DNA of 64,000 nt from Squalus acanthias. Lineage: Eukaryota. Both the position numbers and the translations under genes were made by a program. The notes beneath the pieces were generated by a model, which was not told where the DNA came from, searched no databases, and worked only from the letters and a program-made list of their open reading frames with translations. Shown here piece by piece: positions 25,301 to 37,436 of this stretch (position 1 is its first letter; the number at the start of each line of letters is the position of its first letter). The stretch lies in assembly GCA_030390025.1 (NCBI GenBank), contig CM059432.1:39620001-39684000 (forward strand). Reading direction: 5' to 3'.

Positions 25301-25941
25301 CCTTTATCTTTATATATTCTGTCCCTTCCTGACACGCTCTGGTTTTTAATTTCCCCACTGCTAATTTGCTCTATTGCCTTCTCCGCTGACATTTTTATTC
25401 TTCGCTCTCTTGAAACCTCCCCCCCACTAATTAATTTAAAGCCCTCTCTACAGCCCTAGTTATTCGATTCGCCAGGATTCTAGTCCCAGCACTGGCCAAG
25501 TGAAGTCCGTCCCAACGGAACAGCTCTCTCCCGTCCCAGTACTGGTGCCAGTGTCCCAAGAAGCAAAACCCATTTCTCCCACACCAGTCTTTGAGCCACG
25601 CATTTAACTCTCTGATTTTATTTACCCTAGCCAAATTTGCTCGTGGCTCAGGTAGTAATCCAGAGATTATTACCCTTGTGTTTCTGCTTTTTAATTTGGC
25701 CCCTAGCTGCTCATACTCCCTCAGCAGAACCTCTTTCCTTGTCCTATCTATGTCGTTGGTACCAACATGGACCACGACAACTGGATCCTCCCCCTCCCAC
25801 TCCAAGTTTCTCTCCAGCCCAGAGGAGATGTCCTTAACCCTGGCACCGGGCAGGCAACACAACCTTCGGGACTCTCGCTCTCGGCTGCAAAGAACCCTAT
25901 CTATCCCCCTTATGATACTATCCCCTACCACTACAACATTT
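22340..25941 (-). mobile_element. Near-complete CR1 LINE: SGNH-esterase ORF1 3' part plus ORF2 (APE endonuclease and RT) with two frameshifts
   Basis: ORF1 VVGDS..HVGTND..DGLHL; ORF2 pieces 23980-25392, 23460-23948 and 22439-23446; 3' tail at 22340. Confidence 0.93.
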
Positions 25942-28872
25942 CTTGTGAAGGTTATTAACAACATACTGACCTAATTTTAATCATACAGTGCTAATTATTT
26001 TAAAAGGCCTTCCATTTTTGGTCTATTCAACATTTCCCTCTTGGGAGAAGTGGTCAGTAAGATCAATACAAAGACCCGAGATCAGAGGGAGAAGAAAGCT
26101 TAACTGAAGTGCTTTTATAATGTGTACAAGTGGACAAACAAACAAATAGGCAACTCCATAAAGGCAACTGAAAGCAGAGTTGGCACAGTGGCAAAATATG
26201 AGGATAGCACCACCTAACCAGTTGAAAACCAGTTGCAAAAGAATTGCCTAGTGATAAGTATTTAATAGAATTTAATTTTGCTTTGGAAATACATGTTTGG
26301 AGGCAAGTTGGATTTTAGGCATCATCAATTAAAAATCTATAACCTACTGAAAATAATTCTGACCATGACTTTAACATTGATATTTGTAAATTAATCAATG
26401 ATGCCCAAGTAAAAGTGTAGCAGGGTATAACTCAGGGCATGTCAGCTGATTTGAAATATGAAACTAAAGGCCAAATCATCAGCAAAGCCTTCTGCCCTCA
26501 ATTCTGACCTACTCTCTACAATAGGCAATTAAAACAAATAATGATGGAATTGCACAGCAGGCCAGCTAGCATCTGAAAAAGAAAGATAGGTTAACATTTC
26601 AAGTGGGAGTCTTCATTGGAAGCAAGGTCTGACTGGAAACATTAGCCTATCCATTTCTTCCAGTTTCTGATGAACCTACCGTGTATTTCCAAAATGTTCT
26701 CTTTGTATTTCAGGTTTTTTATTTACTTCCACAAGATATGTTGATTTTATATTGGTGTTTACACCTCCACTTTGCAATTGTCAGAACCTTTCTTTAAATC
26801 TATTCTGAATATACACATACCAATCATGTTAGGAAAAACCTAGGAGAACCAAATCTTTACCCTGAACATGTTTTAATTATAAGATAATTTCGTTTCAGCT
26901 TGGATTTAGTTAATTTAAAATGTGTGACCCCTCCCACAAAAAGTTCAAAAGGTAGAATTAGCACAAGCTGACTTCTATGAAACTTTCCACCTGCCCTCAC
27001 TCTTCAGGTCCCCGTCCTCAAACTGACAATTCAGCAACTTTACAAATGATCAGAAACTCACTTCACATCATAATGGTTGTAATGCCACAGCCTCTAATTA
27101 TATGTGCATCCTGTCCCAAACAATAAAAAAAACATTGAATTATTACATTATTTCTCAAAATAAATAGATCCCACTCTGTAAATTTTATAAACAGGACACA
27201 CATCAGAGGCTGATGGGTAATGCAAAATAAACCACTTGTGTCTTGAAGATCAAAGCCAACTTTGGCACTCATGGGATTGCAGCTGGTGCTACTCAATGGT
27301 TTATTCGGAATAAACCATTAGTCTTTGAATCTATCCTCTGTGCATCCCTGCTTCTCCATTTCTGTTATTTAATTATTACATAATATATATTTGTGAGGCA
27401 TTTATAAACTTCCCTTGACATCTGTGGACTCCAGGGGTATCTGAGGCTGTTCAGCAGTGTCTAAGGCAGCAATGTAAAATGATCCCTTTATTATTGTTGC
27501 ATGTAACTTTTCTGTTGGATTGATTATGGAAAAAATATCTAACAGCAGAGTTGTCAGCAGCATGAATAAACTCACCATTTTGCATTGCTGGTCTTCAACC
27601 ATGCTGAGTCACCTCAGACAGCACTTCCCAGTGGGTAGTCACACGGGACTTGAAAATTGAGGACACCGGCATGACTTGTCAGAAGTTAGGAAATGTAATT
27701 GGAAGTAGTATAAAAAGCAGAACATAGCAGATTTCTGTTGAGAAAGTGGTAGCTGTTTTGTTTTTAAAAATTAGAATTCTAGAATATTTTACAAGTATTG
27801 TTTACAGTAAAAATCATTAAAAATATTCCTATTGAATTTTTGAAAGACTGAATGGTGGTGTTTGTATTACGCAGTTCTACTTTTTTTTATAAAGAAAAAT
27901 GTGTATTGTTCTGTAAAAATAGAGTTTATTTAAGTTTATCCTCCCCATAGTCAGGGCCTTCTTGCATATTGCGCATTTACCCTCAATTAGAAATGGTGTA
28001 CCAGGAAATGAAAAATAAATTGCCTCAGCCAAAGGACACCAAGAAGGAAAACTAGGAACAGCATCATCTACAGGACATTGTCTCTCATATCCCAAACTCT
28101 AAGGAGAACGTAGAAATGATTTGCATTAGTTAGAAGGAATTGATAGATCTGGTGAGGTGATCCCACAAAACTTGCCAGAATTCAACTTCACTCCTGAGTT
28201 ATGCTACACAGTCTTAAACAATGATGAATAAACCAAAATAGCCCAATTTGGATTCTCATTTTGCTTATCTGCTCTTCTGTACTGTCTGGTTTAATGGCAT
28301 ACAACAAAATATTCTCCACCCCTTGGGTGGAGGTCAGGATGTTAAAATTCTATGGGCTGGATTTTCATAGGGCCGTTGAGGCGGGATTGGAGGCGTGTGG
28401 GGGGTTAAAATTGCAGAAACTGGCGGGCAGGCCCAATCCTGCCTCTACGCAATTTTGATGAAATCATGTCTGCTGGTCCTGTCTCCGTCCCGCCTCCAAG
28501 AGGCGGGAGAAGCCATTAATGCCCTTAACAAGCCCTAAATTGGCTCTGTAATGCCATTTTGATAGTTTTTAGCTAGTTTAACCCTTTTCCCACGTGAAGC
28601 ACGCCTGATCTGAAACACGCCAGTGAAACCTGGCGGGAGCACAAGTGGATTGCTGACTCTCAGCTGCAGCTCAACCATTAAATAGGAGATTTGATCAGCC
28701 ATCATTTGCAGGTGGCAGGACTTTGTTGTCACAGGTCTGGGGGAACTTTTAGAAGGCATAACCACAGCTCTGGAAGTTTAGAGCCTGACACACATCTCCA
28801 GTGTGACCTCCTGGGAAACCCCTCTCGCCACCCTCATTGAGCGCTTCCTCAACTGAGGCATATACCAGAGGC

Positions 28873-30116
28873 ATGGGAGCCATTTATTTCCTTCCATCCT
28901 GGGCATCCGATGAGGACGAACACCAGCCGTGGCACCAGCAGAACCATGAACAACAGCAGCACCAACAGCAGCAGCAACAGCAGGAGCGCCAAGCTGCTGC
29001 TCACCCGCCTGAAGCTGCACAGGCCAGAAGGGGCCAGCGCATGGAAGGCCATCGGCGCAGGAGATACCCACCAAACAGGGTCTACAGACACAGGGTCTGC
29101 TACCTCAACATGTCTGAGCAGCAGTGCCAAAGGCGGCTCCGACTTTCGCGAGAGGTAGTGGGTGACATCTGCGCAATGCTGCAACAAGACCTGGAGCCCA
29201 GAGGACCAGGTGGACACCCCTTACCCGTGGCCGTCAAAGTCACCACCGCACTCAACTTTTTTGCCTCAGGCTCATTCCAGGCATCAGCAGCAGACATCAG
29301 CGGCATCTCCCAGGCGGCCGCACACACCTGCATCACGCAGGTAACCGATGCCCTCTATGCCATCGCCATCACATCCATTTCACCAAGGATCGAGCAAGTG
29401 TCATGGCGCATGCGGTTGGATTAGCTAATCTGGCAGGCTTTCCAAGGGTGCAGGGCGTCGTTGACTGCATACATGTGGCCCTTAAGGCACCCCATCGCAA
29501 TCCAGGTATTTTTGTCAACCGCAAGGGCTTCCACTCCCTCAACGTTCAGCTGGTGTGTGACCACAAGAAGGAAGTTCTTCATGTTTGTGCCAAGTACCCT
29601 GGCAGTTGCCATGACTCCTTCATACTGCGCCAGTCTAGTGTGCCTCCGCTATTCAGTCCGCCAGACCAACTTCACGGATGGCTACTTGGAGACAAGGGCT
29701 ATCCCCTGAAGACGTGGCTAATGACGCCGTTGAGGAGCCCATCCAACGCAGCTGAGGAGAGCTACAACTCCAGCCACATTTCCACCAGAGCCATAATCGA
29801 GCAAACCATCGGTATGCTGAAGATGCGCTTCAGATGCCTGGATAGATCAGGTGGAGCCCTGCAATACTCAGCAGCCAGGGTCTCCAGAATCGTCGTGGTT
29901 TGCTGTGCACTTCACAACATGGCACAGCGTCGTGGCTTGCAGATGCCGGAGGACCAAGTGGCTCCTCACATAGCCTCCTCAGATGAGGAGGAGGAGGAGG
30001 TGGAGGAGAGAGAGAACGAACATCTTGCAGAGGCCCATCAACCAGCGGCAGCATTACGCGAGACCATAGCTGCCCGGAATGCAAGGAACGCACTCATCTT
30101 GGCCAGATTTGCTTAG
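28873..30116 (+). pseudogene. Harbinger (HARBI1-like) DDE transposase with one frameshift near 29365
   Basis: [13 protein letters not shown] region; catalytic [16 protein letters not shown] and [24 protein letters not shown]; acidic tail. Split across ORFs 28837-29424 and 29403-30116. Confidence 0.92.
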
Positions 30117-30373
30117 CCTAGACAATCAAGCACTTTTGCCTCGCAGCTTCTTACCAGAGCTACGACAATGGCCCAGACCCAGCGGATCCCTAACAATTTG
30201 ACCACCATACTGACAATTGCAAGTTATCCTAAGGCCTCATTGTGGAAGTCCCATTAGCGAAATGACAGACGCCACAACTGCAGCTGTAGCCATCAGAGTT
30301 TTTATTTACACTTAACACCTGTTGGCTTTTTTACATTAAACATCAAATTTCACCCAAGTGACTACCCTTGTGA

Positions 30374-32320
30374 CTATTTGTGCAGTATCTTTCTCTTACG
30401 CGTGCTCCTACGTGGTGCTTCCCTTGTGGCTTCAGCAGAGGTGGAGGCCCCCTGCTCAGTTTATTGCTGCTCCTGTCTCGACACCTTTGGCGAGCGTCCT
30501 CTGGGGTTGCGAACCTGCGAGGGCTCGGCAACAGTCTGCTGCTCCTGCGGCTGGCCAGGGGTTGAGACGCTGATCTCAGTTGGGTGCGGACTCTGGTGGG
30601 GTTCTGACCGAGGACTTGTCAGTGGCATGGAAGTGTGAGTGCTTGGAGAGGAGCCCCCACCTCCTTGTTGTCTGCCACCAACATCCCTCTCATGGGCCAG
30701 GTCCACCTCAGCGCTTGCAAGTGGATTGAGAGCACCTTGCTGCACATCAGGGGGGCCATGGGGACCCGTATCTGCACTGGCAGTCCTACTCAGAAGGACT
30801 TCCATGAAGGTCTGGTTTCTCTGTTCAATAGATGTCCATCGCTCCTCCAGAGATGTCATTCTATTCAGAACACTCACCATGTTTTCTGCGCGCTGGTGAC
30901 TTATCACCTCCATGGAGGTTGCCATCCTTTCCATGGTGATGCGTTCATGCGCCAATGACTCCACAAAGGCTCTGCTCATATTCGCTATGGACTCCTCCAT
31001 TCGCTCCACACTCACAGCGAGCCTGGAGACAAAACCTGTCAGAAACTCCTACATCTGTTCCTGGAGTTCCAGCACCGCTGATCTTATGGATGGCCCCAGA
31101 GGCAGAGGGTCGACATGCAGCTGAGCCGAGCTAGGAGAGTCCTGCGCCCTCCGACTAGGACTCTCCACTGCTGTCCCTGTCTCCACCATCTGCTGATGCT
31201 CACTTGTGAGCTGTGATACACCAGTGACAACACTACCCTATGTCCCGAGGGTCCCACCGAGGTGTGAGTCTCTGCGCTGGTGCTGGGTGCGCTGAATTCT
31301 GCTGACGCTGCGCCCTCAGAGGTTGCAGCTTCCTCTGAGGAGTCTGGATGCTCATGCTCTTCCTCCTAGCTAGTGGGGACGGGTGCTTGCGATGGTCCTG
31401 TGTGGGAGTAAAGGAAAGAGTCAGAGATGTGATGCCAAGGTTACATGCACATTGCATATTGCAGATGATCATAAATCCATCTGTTAGAGCTTCAGATTCA
31501 TTATCAGCGACTCATGCAATGTCAATGGGAGAGACTGAACACTATTCTGTCACCAGCTTGCTGTGATGCACCCATCTGTCCGTCCCCCACTTGCGTATCC
31601 TCCTCTACTCCCACGATCTCCAGGACTGTATCCTGCCAGGGGGTGAGCTGGGCTAATGAAGGTGGCCCTCCTCCTGTCCTGGCTCTTTCCCTTTTATTGT
31701 GAGCTCTCTTTTCCTGCAATGAGGGAGACAAGTGGAGTTTGAGTGAGATTGAAGGAGTGAGTGTAGAGAGTCCCTAGCATAGATGCTTAAAAGGAGACAA
31801 AGATGGAGTGAGGTGGCGAGACCAAGAACCCTCCCTGTGTGTTGTAAGTTGTTTTCATAGCATGACAGTGATAGGGAGTGTGAGGGCTGCATAGTCGAAT
31901 AGTAAGGTGAATGTGACCATAGAGGGAGAGGGAATGGGTAAGGGTGCATGGATGTCAGCGTCAAGTGGGATATGGAGGAAGAGGTTGCTAAAGCTGAGTG
32001 CTGGCGAGGAGAGGCAATAGGGATCAGATTGAGGGTGAAGGGAAAGTCATACTCACTTTTGCAGTGCGTAGAAGGTCATGAAACCTCTTCCTGCACTGGA
32101 GCCAGGTTCTGCGTGTGATGGATAAGGAGTTGACCTCCTGGGCGACCTGGACCCACACAGCCTTGGTCTGCTGGGGAGGCTTCTTCCTCCCTGAGGAAGG
32201 GAAGAGCACCTCTCTGTTGGCTCTTTATCCCTCCACCAAAGCTTTCAGGGCAACGTCATCGAACCTGGGAGCAGACCTGGGTCGTTGGCTGGCCTTTCCT
32301 CCTGCAGTTGCCTCTAGGAT
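30374..32320 (-). pseudogene. Harbinger Myb/SANT-like (MADF/trihelix-type) DNA-binding protein gene, 3 exons, nonsense mutations
   Basis: Exon 1 APRF..W..VA..VNS..RTWLQCRKRFHDL with donor GTGAGT at 32056; exon 2 31713-31554 (EKRAHNKRERARTGGGPP); exon 3 from 31397 to the stop at 30374, ending RRSTRKRKILHK. In-frame stops near 32226, 31368 and 30462. Confidence 0.82.
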
Positions 32321-33223
32321 ACAGGTCCAAAAGCTTGGCAGCCTGCAGAAGAAGCAAGGCTTGTTGCAGACCTTAAATGCAGCAGCAATGATGACGTCAT
32401 CGGAGGCGACTTTCAGACTGGAATAACTCATTGGCCATGGGTTCCCACACGTTGGAACTCAATTGGCCAATTAAGTTAAAATCGCATCATTCATCCACAT
32501 CGATCTAGATTCAGGTGGGCAACACGAAAAGCGGGTAACACGACCCCAACCTGCCCCAGTATCAAAATCCAGCCCTATGATTCTATTTTAAAAGGGTATG
32601 GGAAAAAGGCAAGGGAATAGAATTAAGTGGGAATTTCTTTCAAAGAATCAGCACAGGTACAATGGGCCAAATGATTTGCTGTGCTGTACAATTTTATGAG
32701 ACTACTTAAATGTTACTTTTTCAATGGGTTGAACTTCCGTGGGGCTTCTCTCGATCCTCCACCATTACTTCAGCAGAAGATCTGCGGAAACCCTAAACAA
32801 GCTTTACCCGAAGATTCAAGTAAAATCAAGTTTAAAAAAAAAAGTTTGCACCCCCTTATAAAAGGGGAGGGTGCAATATGGACACTATTAAGCCATTCCA
32901 GGGGACAGCACCTCCTTTGGAGCAGCCAGCATCAACCGAGGCTCCCGGCCTCCCTAATCTTGGAGGTACCCAAAATGTGCCTCTAGTGTTCCAGAACTAC
33001 CCACGTCTCTAGCCAAGCTGTTCTAATACAGCTACAACACTGAGATCTACCCGACACTGTGGAATATCCTGTCCACAAAAAGCAGGACAAATCAAAGCCA
33101 GCCAATTACCACTCTATCTGGCTACCTTCAATCATCAGCAAAGTGATGGAAGAAGTCATCAACAGTGCTATCAAGCGGCACTTACTCACTAATAACCTGC
33201 TCATCGATGCTCAGTTTGGGTTC

Positions 33224-34249
33224 TGTAAGATTCTTAAAAAATGTAATAAAACCGCTGCTACCATATGGAGATCGAAATTGTGAACGAATTGTGAAATGAT
33301 AACGGACGGACTCAAAATGTAGGAAGTCAGCATGTGTTCCTTTGTCTGTGAGGACTCAAAATGTAGGAAGTCAGCATGTGTTCCTTTGTCTGTGAGGACT
33401 CAAAATGGAGGAAGTCAGCAGGGGGTCCTTTGCCTGTAAGGACTCAACATGGTCAGCATATGGTCCTTTTTGGGAGACCATATGGAGAGGAAGGAGAAGC
33501 ACTGGATGAAGAGGAAGTCCCGCCCCCATACACATCACAGGAACATGAACGTGTCATGCAGAAGGAACTCCAATCAGGGAAGGTTGGGAGTGAAACTGAT
33601 CTATCAGAGGGAGGTGGATGGAGATATACGAGGGGGGGCCAGCAGGAAGGCACTATAAAGGAATGACCCAGAAGCAGGAAATTCAGAAGAAGAAGAAGAG
33701 AAGAGGCAAAGAGGGCTGTTTGAAATGGCAGTCGACATTTGCAGTCTACTACTTTTTCCGGGCTGATCACCCAGGATAAGTGTATGTATGAAAGTCGGAC
33801 ATAAAGCATAGATATTGTTAAAGAGTACTTTTATGTATGGTTGACTTGGGATATGAATCACCAGGGATTAGCATATAAGTTCCTGGGAAATACTTTTATG
33901 TATGGAACTGTGGGCATATGGAGTGCCAAGGATTAGCATAAATTGCAGGGATACTTTTATGTACGTTTAGCTAAACTATTTAGCATATAAATTGCTGGGG
34001 CGGTACTTTTATGTACGAAACTGTGGGCATATTTATTGCCAGAGCGAATTAATAAACTATGGGCACATTTATTGCCAGAGCAAATTAATAAACTGTGAGC
34101 ACAGACATTGCTGAAAGCGAATCTATGTACGCTTGAATTTTAAACTGTAGTGTGAATAAAGATAATTTTATTTATAACAAACTTATCTGTCATTGTTACG
34201 CTTATTCGTAATTCTCGAGGTCTGAACAGTAGTAGGAGAAAGTCCTACA
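33224..34249 (+). mobile_element. Solo LTR (1026 bp) inserted in a LINE RT region
   Basis: TGTAAGA..TCCTACA ends; TSD GTTC (33220-33223, 34250-34253); LINE sequence rejoins across it; internal tandem repeats and AATAAA near the 3' end. Confidence 0.88.
33308..33450. repeat. 44-bp tandem repeat, about 3 copies, inside the solo LTR
   Basis: GGACTCAAAATGTAGGAAGTCAGCATGTGTTCCTTTGTCTGTGA repeated, with the third copy diverged. Confidence 0.85.
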
Positions 34250-36068
34250 GTTCTGCCAGGACCATTCAGCTCCAGACCTCATTACAGCCTTGGTCCAAAC
34301 ACAGAAAAAAGAGCTGAATTCTAGAGGTGAGGTGAAAGTGACTGCCCATGACATCAAGGCAGCATTCAACCCAGTATGGCACCAAGTAACCCTAGTAAAA
34401 CTGAAGTCGATGGGGATCAGAGGGAAATCTCTCCAGTGGCTGGAGTCACACCTTGCACAAAGGAAAATGGTTACAGTTGTTAGACACCAATCATCTCAGC
34501 CCCAGGCCATCGCTGCAAGAGTTCCTCAGGGCAGCATCCTAGTCCCAACTAAGTTCAACTGCTTCATCAATGACCTTCCATTCATCATAAGGACAAGTGG
34601 AGCTGATCGTTGATGATTGCACAGTGTTCAGCTCCATGTGCAATTCCTCAGATAGTGAAGCAGTCCATACCCGCATGCAGCAAGACCTGGACAACATAGA
34701 ATCATAGAATGGTTACAGCACAGAAGGAGGTCATTCGGCCTGCCGAACCCATGCCAGCTCTCTGCATGGGGCCCTGGGAGTCCTCAACATTGACTCCGGA
34801 CCCCATGAAGTCTCATGGCTTCAGGTCAAGCATTGGCAAGGAAACCTCCTGCTGATTACCACCTACCGCCCTCCCTCAGCTGATGAATCAGTACTCCTCC
34901 ATGTTGAACACCTCTTGGAAGAAGCACTGAGAGTAGCAAGGGCACAGAATGTACTCTGGGTGGGGGACTTCAATGTCCATCACCAAGAGTGGCTCGGTAG
35001 CACCACTACTGACCGAAGCTGGCCGAGTCCTGAAGGACATAGCTGCCAGTCTGGGCCTGCGACAGGTGGTGAGAGAACCAACATGAGGGAAACACCTACT
35101 TGACCTCATCCTCACCAATCTACCTGTCACAGATGCATCTGTCCATGACAGTATTGGTAGCAGTGTAGGATGGAGTGTACCTGTAGGATTTAGTAAACAT
35201 TATTAAGATTCGATAACCATTTTTATATAACTATAATATGTGAAATTGTATGTTAAAAACCTAAAAAGCCTGTATAAAATGGCGAATGGTTGAGACCAAA
35301 GCATGATGGTAAAATTAGCCAACATTATGTTAACTGCGAGAATAGTGCTGAGGTAGTGTAGATTTTCTGTTATGTTAAAAAGAAAAAGACAGTGAAGGAC
35401 AAAACATTAATTAAGTCTCAAAGTAAGATAGAGGGTTTTCAATACCTAACATCCCTTATCGCTGAAGTTTCAGACCAGTCTAGATAATGGGCTATGGGAA
35501 AGGCAAAAGATGTAAAAGTTCTCATAGTAAAGCTCACAGCAGAAAAGGGGAGGAAATCATAGACCGTACTTGTGAAGGTCAGAATGGTGAGATAGCCCAA
35601 GCAGCTGCAAGTTGCTATGTATTTTTGAAAGGTAAAAAAAGGTATAAAGGAACAGCTATTGAACACTGGAAGCAGCGCGAAACCAGAGGATGAGAAGCTT
35701 CAGTCAACAGAATACAGCAAGAGAATAAAGAGACCGCGCCACAGTCACTCAGAAGGAACGCCGGGATTCAATGAACAGACTGCGACTATCTTCTTGTTAA
35801 GTATTACTTCTTTGTACTGGATGTTTGATGCTTAATAAAGCTGTTTTACTGATACACAATATACCTGTACCCAGAGTGGTTTGTGTAATCACGGACAAAT
35901 TATTATAAAGAGCTTTTAAAAGCTACAGATTGGCGCCCGAACATGGGGCTGTGACTATTAACTGAAACCAGGTCTATTGTGCATAAGGCAGGTGCTTGGA
36001 TTTTTCTATGAAAGTCCTTTGGAAAGTTAGGTTATCTAACAGATAGCGTCTCTTTAACGTACAGCAGA

Positions 36069-37330
36069 ATGTCTAGTGAGAATTTTTTTGTAGACTTTAA
36101 AATGAAGTTAATGAAGAAGTGCAAGGATGCACAGTTACAGACGTTAGTAGTAGAATGTCTAACAAAGGATAAGAGAGTATCCTTTGAGGACATTGTTGCG
36201 TTCATTGAGAAACAAGTTAAGGAGAAGAAATGGAAGTCAGATAGGGCAGTGCAGCTAATGGCCTATGTGGCAGTGTATTGTGTAGAGCAAGATAAAGAGA
36301 CCTTCCTAGAGATGGAAAATAATAAAACCAAGTTAGATAAATTAGAAAAAGACAATCTACGGCTGATAGAAGAGAATCTAACGTTAACGGAGATAACAAA
36401 AACGTTAACGGACGAGAAGTCAAACTGGGAAAAAGAGGCTGCAGAGTTAAAAAGTAAGATTGAAGTTCTTACTTGGTCGGTGCTTCGACAGCAATAATAC
36501 AGCAACAGAGTATTAATGCAGTTCACGCCGGCGCTGCAATGCAGAACCTTGAGGAGGCTAGGTGTCAGGTAGCCTCCTTAACAAAAGACAATGACCGTCT
36601 TACCAGACAATTAAATGATTCATGAGGAGCCCTAAGAGAGGCTCTTCAGCACCCCCAAAGGGTGTCGGCCCACAGGCAGTGTCATATTACTATACAACAG
36701 TTGGAAAACCAGCTGGGTAAACAACGGGCTGTAATAGCGGCAGTCACGGGAGTAGACAGCCCCGCGAGTTATGATAAAGAATGCGAGGAGTTCAGCGGAG
36801 AACTATATCCTCCCTTACTACACCCTTCCCAAAAGGCCCCCGTCTCGTATACCACCATCAACCTGGCTGAGAGGCCCCCAGCCTATGCTGATAACAATAT
36901 CATAAAAAACTCAGTGGACGAGCCTGCACCCTTTAAAGCCCCAGTTAATGTTCTGACTCGCACCCAGGTGATTCCTAACGCGCCACCAGCTGCTGACGGT
37001 GACCAGGCACAAGCAGGATCACAACCAGCGGCAGCCCACCTGGGAATGTTATGGGTGGGTACTTATGAATGATCCCAGCCCCTGAACTATGCAGGACTAC
37101 AGGCATGTGTCCAGCAGTTCGGACCAGTTAACCCACGAACATGCCCCATAGAGCTAAGGCAATGTATAGTGGGGTTCCGGAATTACCATCCTAATTTTGA
37201 GGACAGTGACATGAAAAATGTTATACTGTCTGCCCTGAGTCCGGACCTACGAACCAGTCTGCCCTTCATGGCCTTTAATGTGGGGAACTCCCCGAATAAC
37301 TTAATCACAATTATATAAACAGCTCTGGGC
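36069..37330 (+). pseudogene. Gag-like relic (coiled-coil N-terminus, LYPPL and PPAY motifs) with stops and a frameshift
   Basis: Begins about 140 bp after the PBS; ORFs 36069-36497 and 36662-37072 plus a downstream open stretch. Confidence 0.65.
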
Positions 37331-37342
37331 TTGGTTTGTGTA

Positions 37343-37436
37343 CAAAATTGAGAGGTCGCACAACACCAGGTTATAGTCCAACAGTTTTATTTGAAATCAC
37401 AAGCTTTCGGAGCTATCGATTTGCTCCTTCCTCAGG
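37343..37436 (-). mobile_element. Short Penelope terminal-repeat insertion inside the ERV-like element
   Basis: Matches the 3062-3146 arm apart from a 5-nt loop insertion; 11-bp TSD TGGTTTGTGTA at 37332-37342 and 37437-37447. Confidence 0.85.

Larger units (their letters stand above)
28354..32575. mobile_element. Full-length PIF/Harbinger DNA transposon with two convergent genes
   Basis: TIR GGGCTGGATTTT / AAAATCCAGCCC; 3-bp TSD TAT; transposase on + and Myb/SANT-like gene on -. Confidence 0.92.

Noticed and set aside
28873..30116. Host HARBI1 gene
   Set aside because: Intronless, frameshifted, enclosed by TIRs and a TSD, and paired with a Myb gene, so it is a transposon copy.
33308..33450. 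CRISPR-like array
   Set aside because: Head-to-tail tandem units with no unique spacers, inside an LTR in vertebrate DNA.
36069..36497. Host coiled-coil protein gene
   Set aside because: Lies just downstream of an LTR and PBS within a TSD-flanked insertion and is followed by stops and a frameshift; treated as a gag relic.
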